64,000 bases of DNA from Polyangiales bacterium (GCA_038231275.1 JBBRLQ010000007.1:224001-288000), one strand, 5' to 3'. Shown: positions 10,481 to 20,139, numbered from the stretch's first letter. The notes: generated by a model from the sequence alone, not told the origin. Numbers and translations are program-made.

Positions 10481-10535
10481 CGTGCGCGCACGATTCCTAC
10501 CACATCGGGACCGTTCGAGGCCGGCCGGGCCGGGC

Positions 10536-11186
10536 TCAGCGTCGCGCGGCGGCGTCGATGCGCCTCACCGCGTCCGAGACCCGTGCGGCGTAGCCGATGC
10601 GATCTGGGCGATCGGTCAGAACGACGTCACCGCGGCGATCGATGACGAGCGTGGTGAACGTGCCGATGCCGAGCGGGTTCACGAGCGCCGCGCCGTCGGG
10701 ATCGAGGACGAGGTTCTGCTCGACGCCGTATTGCTTCGCCCACTCCACGGTGGCGTTCGAGTACGCGACGTTCACGACCGGCGCGTCGACGCCGAAGCCG
10801 CCGCTCGTATGCACGGCGCGGTACGCCTCGAACGCCGGCATGCAGTCGGGGCAACCCTGGAGCCACACGTTGACGATCATCGGCGACGACTGCGGAAGCG
10901 CGACGACGTTGCCGCCCGGACCACGCAGCACCATCTGCCCAACGCGCGCATTCGGTCCGTGCTCACGCGGCGTCGGCCCGCGCGCGACTTCCGGCGGGTG
11001 CGTCACTTGCCAGAGCGCGAGCGCCTCCTCACCAAAGCGCAGCGCCGCCATCCCCGCGACGAAGCTCGCGAGAGAGAGAAGGATCGCGTTACGCCGCCTA
11101 CGATCGGGCGGGATGATCGCGGCGAGCGGCTCCGCCTTTCGATAGGGATCGCGGGGCGCTTGCTCGGAGGTGGGCTCGTCGGCCAT
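10536..11186 (-). CDS. Membrane-anchored TlpA/thioredoxin-like protein
   Basis: N-terminal TM, VNVWLQGCPDC (CxxC), thioredoxin-fold pattern. Confidence 0.8.
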   Translation of the reverse strand: MADEPTSEQAPRDPYRKAEPLAAIIPPDRRRRNAILLSLASFVAGMAALRFGEEALALWQVTHPPEVARGPTPREHGPNARVGQMVLRGPGGNVVALPQSSPMIVNVWLQGCPDCMPAFEAYRAVHTSGGFGVDAPVVNVAYSNATVEWAKQYGVEQNLVLDPDGAALVNPLGIGTFTTLVIDRRGDVVLTDRPDRIGYAARVSDAVRRIDAAARR

Positions 11187-11288
11187 CCCCTCGAGAATGC
11201 CACGGCCCGCCTCGTCGTGCCTCTTCTCTCACGTGCCTGCGCCCGCGCGCGTGCATGTGCCCGACCACCCACGTCCCCGCCAACTACC

Positions 11289-11888
11289 TCACCCCCCAAA
11301 CGCCTTCTTCGCCACATCGACGAGCCGCTTCGCCGTATCGCTCGTCACCCCTGTCTTCGCATATGGCCACGCGAACGAGAACGCCTGCACGTTGTCGCAC
11401 GACAAGCTCACCAGGATATCGGCCGGCGGCTGCCCGTTCGCCTGATTGATGGAGAACCCGAACTCCGCGAACATGCACCCGCCGTGCTGCGTCGTGAAGT
11501 TGCCGTCGTGGCCGAAGATGTCGATGACCTCGTCCTTCTGGGCGCTGTCGTTCAGATCCATCCACCCGAGGATCCGGAAATTGTGGAAGCGCGCGACGTC
11601 GGGCTGCGCGACCGGCGCCGGCGTTCCGCCCGGCAAAAGCCCCGGCGGGAGGAGGCCCGGCGGCAGCATCTGCGCGCCCGCGCTCAGCCACTGCTGGATC
11701 TGCGGCGGGAGCATCGTCGCGGCCGGCATCGCAGCGGTCGCCGGAGGCGGCTCGTAGTTCTGGAGGCGTAGGATGCGGATCGGCTGCCCCTTCATCTGAT
11801 CGAAGGGGGCCGCGAGACTGCCGCCGCACCCCTCCGCAAAGACGAGGAGCGCGATCGCGAACGGAGCGACTTTCAGCGAGGGGTGCAT
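11289..11888 (-). CDS. Hypothetical lipoprotein
   Basis: Signal peptide with lipobox-like FAEGC; start uncertain (11888-11924). Confidence 0.7.
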   Translation of the reverse strand: MHPSLKVAPFAIALLVFAEGCGGSLAAPFDQMKGQPIRILRLQNYEPPPATAAMPAATMLPPQIQQWLSAGAQMLPPGLLPPGLLPGGTPAPVAQPDVARFHNFRILGWMDLNDSAQKDEVIDIFGHDGNFTTQHGGCMFAEFGFSINQANGQPPADILVSLSCDNVQAFSFAWPYAKTGVTSDTAKRLVDVAKKAFGG

Positions 11889-11926
11889 GTCCGCCACGTT
11901 ACCTCTCTGATAAAGAGGAGTCACCC

Positions 11927-13555
11927 ATGACCGACGCCGCCGAGGTCACCGTCGCGCTCGAACGCCTGTACGCGATCGCGCACGAGCGTGTGCGGGCGCG
12001 GGTCACGGTGAACGGCAAAATCGCGGGCGACAAGCTCGACCATGAGCAGCTCGCCGCGCACGCCGTCGCCTACCTCGCCACCGAGCTCGAGGCGGCGCGC
12101 CAAATCCAGGGATGGGTCGTCCGCGCGCGCGCCGAAGGCGGCGGAGAACACGAGGCGCGCATCGCGAACGCGTACGTCGCCGAGCTCGCGCGCGAGCTGC
12201 GCGGCGGGGTCAACCTCGGCCAGACCGAGACGATCGCGCTCGCCGAGCTCGGCGTCACCGACGAAGAGGTCGCGAAGACGATCGGCGCACACGCGATCTC
12301 GGCGTGGATCACGACGCACGCGTCCGCCGCCGCGTGGATGGAGATCGCGCGCGGCGCCAAGGAGAGCGGCGGCGGCGTGCTCGGCCTCGGCGACGAGACG
12401 CTCTCCGCGTCGCAGAAAGAGTTCCGCAAGTTCACCGATCGCGAGGTCATCCCGATCGCGCAGGAGATCCACCGAAAGGACGTCCTCGTCCCCATCGAGC
12501 TCCTCCACAAGATGAGCGAGATGGGCGTCTTCGGGCTGACCATCCCCGAGGAGTACGGCGGCCTCGGCCTCGGCAAGATCGCGATGTGCGTCGTCACCGA
12601 GGAGCTGTCGCGCGGCTACATCGGCGTAGGCTCGCTGGGCACGCGCGCGGAGATCGCGGCGGAGCTGATCCTCGGCGGCGGCACCGACGCGCAGAAGAAG
12701 GAGTGGCTCCCCAAGCTCGCGTCGGGCGAGGTGCTCCCCACCGCGGTCTTCACCGAGCCGAACAACGGCAGCGACCTTGCGCACATCCAGGCGCGCGCGA
12801 CGAAGAGCGGCGACACGTGGAGGGTTACTGGCCAGAAGACGTGGATCACGCACGCGTGCCGCGCGGATCTCATGACGCTCCTCGTGCGCACCAAACCCGA
12901 AGAGAAGGGGTATGCCGGCCTCTCGATGTTCCTCGCGAAGAAGACGCGCACCGGCGACCCCGGCGCGCCGGAGTTCGTCGACGCGGGTCTCACCGGCACC
13001 GAGATCAAGGTCCTCGGCTACCGCGGAATGAAGGAGTACGAGCTCTCGTTCGACGGCTTCGCGATCGAGGACGCGGGCCTGCTCGGCGGCGTGGAGGGGC
13101 AGGGCTTCAAGCAGCTCATGGCCACGTTCGAGAGCGCGCGCATCCAAACCGCGGCGCGCGGGGTCGGCATCGCCCAGGCCGCGCTCGAGCAGGCGCTCTC
13201 CTACGCGCAGCAGCGCGTCCAGTTCGGTCGCCCCATCTTCGAGTTCCCGCGCGTCGCGCGAAAAATCGCGCGCATGGTGACGCGCGTGCAGGCCGCCCGT
13301 CAGCTCACCTACTTCGCCGCGAAGATGAAGGACGGCGGCAAGCGCTGCGACCTCGAGGCGGGCATGGCCAAGCTCCTCGCGACCCGCGCCGCGTGGGAGG
13401 CCGCCGACGCGTGCGTGCAGATCCACGGCGGCAACGGCTACGCGGAGGAGTACACGGCGAGCCGCCTCCTCGTCGACGCGCGCGTCCTCTCGATCTTCGA
13501 GGGGGCCAACGAAATTCAGGCGCACGTGATCGCACGGCGCCTCCTGGAGGCATGA
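11927..13555 (+). CDS. mcd: Acyl-CoA dehydrogenase, (2S)-methylsuccinyl-CoA dehydrogenase (Mcd)-like
   Basis: ~150-aa N-terminal extension plus EELSRGYIGVGSLGTR, AVFTEPN, IKVLGYRGMKEYEL, FESARIQTAAR and RCDLEAGMAKL, as recalled from Rhodobacter Mcd; RBS AGGAG. Confidence 0.8.
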   Translation: MTDAAEVTVALERLYAIAHERVRARVTVNGKIAGDKLDHEQLAAHAVAYLATELEAARQIQGWVVRARAEGGGEHEARIANAYVAELARELRGGVNLGQTETIALAELGVTDEEVAKTIGAHAISAWITTHASAAAWMEIARGAKESGGGVLGLGDETLSASQKEFRKFTDREVIPIAQEIHRKDVLVPIELLHKMSEMGVFGLTIPEEYGGLGLGKIAMCVVTEELSRGYIGVGSLGTRAEIAAELILGGGTDAQKKEWLPKLASGEVLPTAVFTEPNNGSDLAHIQARATKSGDTWRVTGQKTWITHACRADLMTLLVRTKPEEKGYAGLSMFLAKKTRTGDPGAPEFVDAGLTGTEIKVLGYRGMKEYELSFDGFAIEDAGLLGGVEGQGFKQLMATFESARIQTAARGVGIAQAALEQALSYAQQRVQFGRPIFEFPRVARKIARMVTRVQAARQLTYFAAKMKDGGKRCDLEAGMAKLLATRAAWEAADACVQIHGGNGYAEEYTASRLLVDARVLSIFEGANEIQAHVIARRLLEA

Positions 13556-13556
13556 G

Positions 13557-14702
13557 ATGAGCACTCCCGCTTGGAAGTCCCCCAAGTACGGCCGACTCCT
13601 CGACGACTTCGAGGAGGGCGCCACGTACGAGCATCCGTGGGACGTGACGATCGACGGCGGGGCGATGGCGCTCTTCCAGGCGGCCTTCCTCGACGCGGTG
13701 CCGGTCTTCGCGAGCGCACGCTACGCCCGCGAGCTCGGCTTCCGCGATCGCCCGCTCTCGTCGCTCCTCCTCTTGAACCTCGGACTGAGCTTCAGCGTGC
13801 ACGACGTGTCCGAGCAGGCCATCGCGCACCTGGCGTACATCGACGTGAAATTCCCCGAGGCCGCGTACGCCGGCGACACGATCACCGCCGCGAGCACCGT
13901 GCTCGGAAAGAAGCTCGCGCAGAGCGGCGATCGCGGGGTGGTCCACGTGAGGACCATCGTGCGAAACCAGAGCGATCAGGTCGTCTGCTCCTTCGAGCGG
14001 AAGGCGCTCGTGCGCGCGGGAGGCAACGTGGTCGGCCGTCCGCCGTCGCCGTACGACGTCGCGATCTCTCCGAGCGGCGCGCCGTCGCGTCGCAGCATCC
14101 CGCCGTCCTCGCACATCCCTCCCGAGCTGCGCGAGTATTTACGCGTGCCGAAGCGCCGCGCGGGATTCTCGGGCTTCGCGCGCGACTTCGAGGTTGGGGA
14201 CGTCTTCGCGCACGCGATCGGCCGCACCGTGAGCGAGGCGGAGCACATGCAGCTCACCTTCCTCGTTCGCAACTCGCACCCGCTCCACTACGACGAGGAG
14301 TATTGCAAAGCGCCGGGCGCGAGCTTCGCGGGCACGCGCGTCGTGTACGGCGGTCTCGTCTTCGCGTGGATCGCGTCGCTCGCGAGCCGCGACACCTGCG
14401 GCAACGTGGTGTGGGACCTCGGCTACGACAAGGGTGCGCACCCGAGCGGTGTCGTCGCGGGAGATACACTCTTCGCCGCGAGCAAGGTCCTCTCGAAGGA
14501 GCCGCACGATGCCCACTCGTCGCGCGTCACGTTCCGCCTCGTCGGAACGAAGAACACGCCTGCGTCGTCGCTCCTCGAACGCGGCCGCGCGGACGATCTC
14601 TTCACCGCGGAGCTGGGCAAGACCGACGACGCGCGGAAGGTGAAGGAGAAGGTCTTCGAGATCGACCGCACCGTGCTGATGCTCAACCAGGCGGCGGTGT
14701 AG
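13557..14702 (+). CDS. mch: Double hot-dog (MaoC-like) hydratase, mesaconyl-CoA hydratase (Mch)-like
   Basis: Two MaoC-like halves (GRLLDDFEEG; ARDFEVGD...NSHPLHYD); 1 nt after the mcd-like stop. Confidence 0.7.
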   Translation: MSTPAWKSPKYGRLLDDFEEGATYEHPWDVTIDGGAMALFQAAFLDAVPVFASARYARELGFRDRPLSSLLLLNLGLSFSVHDVSEQAIAHLAYIDVKFPEAAYAGDTITAASTVLGKKLAQSGDRGVVHVRTIVRNQSDQVVCSFERKALVRAGGNVVGRPPSPYDVAISPSGAPSRRSIPPSSHIPPELREYLRVPKRRAGFSGFARDFEVGDVFAHAIGRTVSEAEHMQLTFLVRNSHPLHYDEEYCKAPGASFAGTRVVYGGLVFAWIASLASRDTCGNVVWDLGYDKGAHPSGVVAGDTLFAASKVLSKEPHDAHSSRVTFRLVGTKNTPASSLLERGRADDLFTAELGKTDDARKVKEKVFEIDRTVLMLNQAAV

Positions 14703-15786
14703 CGAGGCGCGCGGTCGTCTCGGCCGTCGAGAGTGCGTCGACGTTTTCGTGGTAGCCGAGCGCCACGACGTCGCGGTCCTCGCGCGAGATCAGCTTGTCC
14801 AAGCCGACACGCTTCAAGCACGCGCCGGCCACGTCGAGGGCGGAGATGCCCGCGACGAGCGCCGCGCACGCGACCTTCCGTATCCCGCGCGCCTCCGGCA
14901 TGTCCTGCTTGTTGATGGACCCCAGGCTGAAGAGCAGCCGCGAACCGAGGACGATTGCCTCCAGACCCGGCGCCTCGGCGAGGCGTGCAAGCGGCTTCGG
15001 GAGGTACGCGCGGCCGAGGTGCGGCGCGAGGGCCACTGCGTCGGCGCCGCGCAGGAGGCGAAGGCGAACGAAGTCGCGCGCGTCGTCGGGGAACCTGTGC
15101 GTCGTGCGCGCGGCCGGCTGGAACACGACGGGGACGCCGTTCTTCTGGAGCTCGAGGCCCAGGACCTGGCAATTTCCCCGGTAGAACGCGCCAGAGAGGA
15201 CGTACCGCGCGCGCTCGAAGGTCTCACGACGGAACGCGACGTTGTTCGCGTAGAAGTTCCGCGTGCATCCTTCGCCGAGGGGGCTCGGAAAATACATGAA
15301 GTCGATCGTCGTCGCCGCGGTGCCCAGGAGGTCGCCGCGGTAGCACGTGCGACCGGCGACCGCGTGGACCTCCTGATCGTCGAACGGCTCGGTGAGTAGA
15401 GCGAGCCAATCGTTCTCCGGCCAGCAGTCGGCGTCGCCGAAGACGATGACGTCGGCGGTCGTCGCCAAAAATCCGCGATTCTTCGCCTCGTAGTAGCCGG
15501 TCCCCGCGGGCATCGCGACGAACGTGATGCTCCGCGCGGCGGCGCGCATGAGGCGTGCCTGGTCTTCTTCGCGGAGCCCGTCGTGCGTGACGACGAGCTC
15601 GGCGAGCGACGCGAGGCCGGTCGTCTGCGCGCGCAGGTGCACGAACAGCTCCTCGAGGCTCTCGGTGACGCGCAGGAGCGTTTCGCTCCGCTGCGCTTCG
15701 CTCCACTCAGGCGGCCGTCCGTCGGGCGAGCGCGCGGCGCCGTGCAGGTTGTTGGTCTCGAGGACGAGGGACACGGACGAGGTCAT
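14683..15786 (-). CDS. Glycosyltransferase family 2 (GT-A)
   Basis: GYYEAKNRGF, IVFGDADC (DxD), ANNVAFRR. Confidence 0.85.
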   Translation of the reverse strand: MTSSVSLVLETNNLHGAARSPDGRPPEWSEAQRSETLLRVTESLEELFVHLRAQTTGLASLAELVVTHDGLREEDQARLMRAAARSITFVAMPAGTGYYEAKNRGFLATTADVIVFGDADCWPENDWLALLTEPFDDQEVHAVAGRTCYRGDLLGTAATTIDFMYFPSPLGEGCTRNFYANNVAFRRETFERARYVLSGAFYRGNCQVLGLELQKNGVPVVFQPAARTTHRFPDDARDFVRLRLLRGADAVALAPHLGRAYLPKPLARLAEAPGLEAIVLGSRLLFSLGSINKQDMPEARGIRKVACAALVAGISALDVAGACLKRVGLDKLISREDRDVVALGYHENVDALSTAETTARLATPPPG

Positions 15787-16939
15787 TGGCTTCACGGGAG
15801 GCTCCTTGTTCGGCGAGGGTGACGAGATCGAGGAAGGCGTCCGCCCAGGCGTCGTGGACGTCTTCGGCGGATCCTTCGAGCGCGCGGAGGTGGGTGGCGG
15901 TGACGGCGTCGAGCGCGCGGTCGAGAGCGCCTTCGAGCCCGCCTTCGGTGGCCGTCGACGCGAGAGGGACGGCGGCGAAGGGAGCGCGCGTCCGCGCGAG
16001 GGCGCCGGCGTTACGGAGCTGCTCGGGTTGATCGCCGAGCAGCGCGACGAGCGGCGTCCCGAAGACACGCGCCTGCGCGAGCGCGCCCATTCCAGCGCCC
16101 GACACGAGCACGTCGGCGGCGCGCACGACGCTCGCGAGATCGGGATCGGCCGCGCGCCACCCGGGACGCTCTGCGTAACCCTCGCCGACGGCGTGCACAC
16201 GGAAGCCGCGCCGCGCGAGCGCGCCTTCGAGCGCCGCGGCGACCGCAGGATCGTGGAAATGCGGGTTCAGGTAGACCGCGGCGAGCCGATCGCGCGGCCC
16301 GAGGCCCATCGCCGCGCGCACCTCCGCCGGCGTACGCGAAGGGGAGGGGAGGATCGGCGGGAGCACGATCGCGCGCTCGTCCGCGTGTGCCACCGGATCG
16401 ATCGTGTGCATGATGCACGCAAAGGAAGCGTCGCGCATCCGGCGGAGTGCGCGCTTGTAGAGGCGGTCGAACCACGCCGGCGCGCGGCCCGTGAAGTTCT
16501 CGTGCGCCGCGCTCCAGATGTTGTCGCCGAAGACGTGCACGACGCGCATCCTCGACACGAGCGGCGCGACGAGGAGCGCCGGGTGGAGCGAGTCGCACAC
16601 CACGAAGGCCGCTCCGCGCGCGAAGTGCCGCAAGAAGAGGAGATCGCGGAGGCCGCGCGTCGGGTCGACGTAGTAGCGGAGCACGCAGGCGTCGGTCGCC
16701 GCGCGCGCCATGTCGTGGCACCCCGAGAACGCGACCGCGAAGTGCTCGCTCAGGAGCCGACTCGGCGTGCCCATCGCCGCCAGGAACGCCTGCCCTTCGC
16801 GCGACGTCGTCACCACGTCCACGTCGACCCCGCGCGCGCCGCACAGGCCGCGGACGAGGTGCGCGCGCATCAGGTGACCGCGCGCGTCGGCGAGGGCGAG
16901 GTAGACGATGCGCGGCCGGACAGCGGTTGCACGAGCCAT
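15707..16939 (-). CDS. GT-B fold glycosyltransferase (GT1/GT28-like)
   Basis: N-terminal ADARGHLMR; C-terminal ADVLVSGAGMG...GTPLVAL...PEQLRNA. Confidence 0.75.
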   Translation of the reverse strand: MARATAVRPRIVYLALADARGHLMRAHLVRGLCGARGVDVDVVTTSREGQAFLAAMGTPSRLLSEHFAVAFSGCHDMARAATDACVLRYYVDPTRGLRDLLFLRHFARGAAFVVCDSLHPALLVAPLVSRMRVVHVFGDNIWSAAHENFTGRAPAWFDRLYKRALRRMRDASFACIMHTIDPVAHADERAIVLPPILPSPSRTPAEVRAAMGLGPRDRLAAVYLNPHFHDPAVAAALEGALARRGFRVHAVGEGYAERPGWRAADPDLASVVRAADVLVSGAGMGALAQARVFGTPLVALLGDQPEQLRNAGALARTRAPFAAVPLASTATEGGLEGALDRALDAVTATHLRALEGSAEDVHDAWADAFLDLVTLAEQGASREANDLVRVPRPRDQQPARRRALARRTAA

Positions 16940-17589
16940 AGCGACACTCCCAGGGTGAAGAGGACAAGCGCGCCGAGGACGCCGAACGCGCGCTCGATGC
17001 GATCGATGCGGAAGACGAGCATCGCGAGATCGTTCTGCTCCGGCGCCGTCACGAGCCGCCTGAGGGCGCGCTCACAGGCGAGGACGTGGCCGCGCTCGTC
17101 CCGCAGGATCTTCTCGAGCATGGGCAGTGTCAGCGTCGCCTTGCCGCGCGCGCGCAGGACGTCGACGTGCCGGTGGAATACCTTCACGCCCATCTTCTCC
17201 ATCCGCCACGCGATCGCGATCAGCGGAACGAGGAGCCCTGCCCCGAAGCGCGGCTCGCTCTCCTTCGCGAGGCGAGCGAGCCGCCGCATCTTCCAGCGGC
17301 TTATCGGGTCCATCTTCCCGGTCGCCTGCGCGTCGCTGCCCGTCAGGACCCGGATGCGCGCGCGGAGGAGCTCGGCGTGGCGCGCCTCGTCGGCGCGGTG
17401 CTTGGCGAGCCAACGCGTGAGCCACGGCGGCGCGCTCTCCGTCACCGGATCGAGCAAAACAGCGCGCTCGGCGTGCTCCTCTCCTTCGAGGTACACGCGG
17501 AGGATGGCGGCCTCTCCGCGTGGCGTGGCGTGGAGCGCGTGCAGCGCCGGTCGCTTGATCGCTTCGAGGGCCCGGTCTCGGACGTTCAT
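16870..17589 (-). CDS. Ferritin-like diiron-carboxylate protein with C-terminal TM helix
   Basis: Ligand pattern E(LEGEE)...DEARH...E(RMEK)...DERGH; hydrophobic C-terminus; start MNVRD at 17589. Confidence 0.75.
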   Translation of the reverse strand: MNVRDRALEAIKRPALHALHATPRGEAAILRVYLEGEEHAERAVLLDPVTESAPPWLTRWLAKHRADEARHAELLRARIRVLTGSDAQATGKMDPISRWKMRRLARLAKESEPRFGAGLLVPLIAIAWRMEKMGVKVFHRHVDVLRARGKATLTLPMLEKILRDERGHVLACERALRRLVTAPEQNDLAMLVFRIDRIERAFGVLGALVLFTLGVSLWLVQPLSGRASSTSPSPTRAVT

Positions 17590-17700
17590 GAGAGAGAACG
17601 TGCGATCCCCGCTTGAACCGCGCGCGCACGGCGCGTGAAAGGTCCTCGGATCGGGTGTGAACGCGGCGTGAAACGCGGCAAAACGTGCTAGGAAACCGGC

Positions 17701-18108
17701 ATGTTCACGATCAAGAAGATCGACCACGTCGCCGTGTGCGTGAGTGACATCGACGCCGCCGCCGCCAAGTACAAGGAGGTCTTCGGCCTCGAGGGTCGCG
17801 AGCGCGAGGTCGTCGCGTCGCAGAAGACGGAGGCCATCCTCCTCCCGATCGGCGAATCGAACATCGAGCTCATCAGCCCCCGCGGGAACGACGGTCTCGT
17901 GAAATTCCTCGAGAAGCGCGGCCCGGGCCTTCATCACATCGCGATCGAAGTGGAGGGGATCGAGGCGGCGCTCGCGTTCTTGAAGGGCCTCGGCGTCCCG
18001 CTCATCGACGAGACGCCTCGTGCCGGCGCGCGCGGGCACAAGGTCGCGTTCGTCCACCCGAAGGCCACGGGCGGCGTCCTCATCGAGCTCGTCGAGCCTT
18101 CGCACTGA
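17701..18108 (+). CDS. mce: Methylmalonyl-CoA (ethylmalonyl-CoA) epimerase, VOC family
   Basis: KIDHVAVCV, IELISP, KFLEKRGPGLHHIA, FVHPKATGGVLIELVE. Confidence 0.9.
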   Translation: MFTIKKIDHVAVCVSDIDAAAAKYKEVFGLEGREREVVASQKTEAILLPIGESNIELISPRGNDGLVKFLEKRGPGLHHIAIEVEGIEAALAFLKGLGVPLIDETPRAGARGHKVAFVHPKATGGVLIELVEPSH

Positions 18109-18222
18109 CGGGCGACGGCTCGGCTCTGGCAAACCGCGCGTAGGGGCTATCTTTTTCGGGCGTCCATCCTGTACCCTGACGCGAGATTTCGAAGGCGTTC
18201 CCACCCGAGGAGCAAGGGACAC

Positions 18223-19317
18223 ATGGCGCGAGAGTCCAGGGTCGTTGGCAAGTTGGTCGCCGCCGTGATGGCTGGCCTCATCGGCGTCTCGTACGGCGGC
18301 GGCGCCACGCTGGTGTCCTCGGCGTACGCGCAGACCAAGCCGGCCACCGCGAAGCCCGCGGCCGCGGCGCCCGCACCCGCCGGCGGCGCAGGCGCGCCCG
18401 CGAAGATCGACGCGAAGAAGGCGTACACCGACGGCGAGAAGAAGTTCAAAGCGAACGATTTCGCGAACGCGCTCGCCGACTTCCTCGCCGCCGACACCGT
18501 CAAGCAGACGCCGCAGGCCGCCCGTTACATCGGCCTTTGCCACGACAACCTCGGCCACCCGCAGGACGCGGTGGTCGCCTACGAGCGCTTCCTCGCCGAC
18601 GTGCCGCCGAAGATGGCGGAGCAGGGTGAGGAGATCAAGAAGCGCGTCGCCGCGATCAAGGCGATCCCCGGCAAGGTGCACGTCGAGACCACGCCGCCCG
18701 GCGCGACCGTCGCGCTCGACGGCAAGGTCCTCTCGGCCGTGACGCCGACTGACGTCGAGGCCACGCCCGGCCGCCACTCGATCAAGCTCTCCGCCGACGG
18801 CCGCGTCGCGCAGGAGAAGGACATCGAGGTCGCCTTCGCGTCGAAGCAGGACCTCAAGGCCGATCTCGAAGAGAAGCCGATGCCGACCGCGCCGCCGCCT
18901 CCTCCGCCCGAGCCGGTCGCCGCCGTGCCTCCGCCGCCCCCGCCCGCGCCCGTCGCCGACAAGGGCTCGAGCATGGTGCCTGCGCTCATCACCGGCGGCC
19001 TCGCGGTCGTCGCGCTCGGCGTCGGGACCGTGTTCGGCGTCATGGCGCTCGGCGACAAGAGCGACTTCGACAAGAACCCGACGTCCTCGAAGGCCGACGA
19101 TGGCGAGAACCACGCGCTCATCGCCGACATGGCGTTCGGCGTCGCGGTCACGCTGGGCGTCACGAGCGCCGTCCTCTTCTTCAGCAGCGGCTCGTCGAGC
19201 GGCAGCGCGAAGGCGGCCCCGCCGGTGCTCGCCGCAAAGGCGACGCCCAAGGCGTTCTCGGTCGCCCCGATCGTCACCCCGCACGGCGGCGGCGCCGGCG
19301 CCACCTTCCGGTTCTGA
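18223..19317 (+). CDS. Exported TPR-PEGA protein with hydrophobic hairpin and terminal Phe
   Basis: Signal peptide, TPR (AVVAYERFL), PEGA (VETTPPGATVALDGK...PGRHSIK), Pro linker, ends GGGAGATFRF. Confidence 0.85.
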   Translation: MARESRVVGKLVAAVMAGLIGVSYGGGATLVSSAYAQTKPATAKPAAAAPAPAGGAGAPAKIDAKKAYTDGEKKFKANDFANALADFLAADTVKQTPQAARYIGLCHDNLGHPQDAVVAYERFLADVPPKMAEQGEEIKKRVAAIKAIPGKVHVETTPPGATVALDGKVLSAVTPTDVEATPGRHSIKLSADGRVAQEKDIEVAFASKQDLKADLEEKPMPTAPPPPPPEPVAAVPPPPPPAPVADKGSSMVPALITGGLAVVALGVGTVFGVMALGDKSDFDKNPTSSKADDGENHALIADMAFGVAVTLGVTSAVLFFSSGSSSGSAKAAPPVLAAKATPKAFSVAPIVTPHGGGAGATFRF

Positions 19318-19325
19318 GGCGATCC

Positions 19326-19781
19326 ATGCGCAAGACCTCGCGCCACCGCATCCTCCTCGCCCTGACCGCGGCCACACTCGCCCTCGCGGGCTGTGAGCTC
19401 GCCGTCGACTTCGATCGCAGCAAGGTCCCCGGCGACGTGACCGACGCGTCGACGGACGGCACGACGGACGGCACGATCGACACCGGCACGGACGGCACCA
19501 TCGATACCGGCACCGACACCGGGACCGACGCGACCCCCGACGTCGTGAACGACACCGGCACGGACACGGGCGCCGACGCGCGCGACAGCGCCACCGACGC
19601 GGGCACCGACGCCGCAGACGCGAACGACGCCGCCGTCGACGCGAACGATGGAGCCGCCGACGCGAACGACGGCGCTGCTGATGCGTCCGATGCGGCCGAC
19701 GCCGCCGCCGACGCCGACGATGGCGCTGCGGACGCCGGAGACGCGGCCGACGCGGTGGCCGACGCCGACGACGCCGGTTGA
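19326..19781 (+). CDS. Acidic low-complexity lipoprotein (D/T/G/A repeats)
   Basis: Lipobox LAGC, then ELAVDFDRSKV, then DTGT/DAAD repeats. Confidence 0.8.
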   Translation: MRKTSRHRILLALTAATLALAGCELAVDFDRSKVPGDVTDASTDGTTDGTIDTGTDGTIDTGTDTGTDATPDVVNDTGTDTGADARDSATDAGTDAADANDAAVDANDGAADANDGAADASDAADAAADADDGAADAGDAADAVADADDAG

Positions 19782-19792
19782 AGGATCGAACC

Positions 19793-20137
19793 ATGACGAA
19801 ACGCGATCAAACGAGCCGCCGCCGCACGCGCGTCCACGCGGCGGTCCTCCTGTTGCTCCTCGGCGTCGGCGCGATCGGCTGCGAGCTCGCCCTCGACTTC
19901 GACCGCACCAAGATCGACGGCGGCGCGCTCGACGCCTCGTTCGGCGACACCGCGCTGCCCGACCAAGTGACGCCGCCCGCGGACGGCACCAGCGACACCG
20001 GGACCGACACCGGCGCCGACGCCGGGACCGACTCCAACACCGGCACCGATACCGGGACAGACACTGGCTCCGACACCGGCTCGGATACGGGGACCGACTC
20101 CGGCGCCGACGCCGCCGATGCAGACGATGCGGGCTGA
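19793..20137 (+). CDS. Acidic low-complexity lipoprotein, paralog of the upstream gene
   Basis: Lipobox AIGC, then ELALDFDRTKI, DTGT/DTGS repeats; ends DADDAG like its neighbour. Confidence 0.8.
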   Translation: MTKRDQTSRRRTRVHAAVLLLLLGVGAIGCELALDFDRTKIDGGALDASFGDTALPDQVTPPADGTSDTGTDTGADAGTDSNTGTDTGTDTGSDTGSDTGTDSGADAADADDAG

Positions 20138-20139
20138 CG

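Noticed and set aside
14683-16939. Possible frameshift suggested by the 70-80 nt overlaps among the GT genes
   Set aside because: Each ORF has its own plausible start and complete domain; extended C-terminal overlaps are common in GC-rich genomes.
19440-20130. Repetitive DNA resembling a repeat array or CRISPR
   Set aside because: Imperfect in-frame repeats encoding DTGT/DAAD; no constant repeat with unique spacers and no cas genes.
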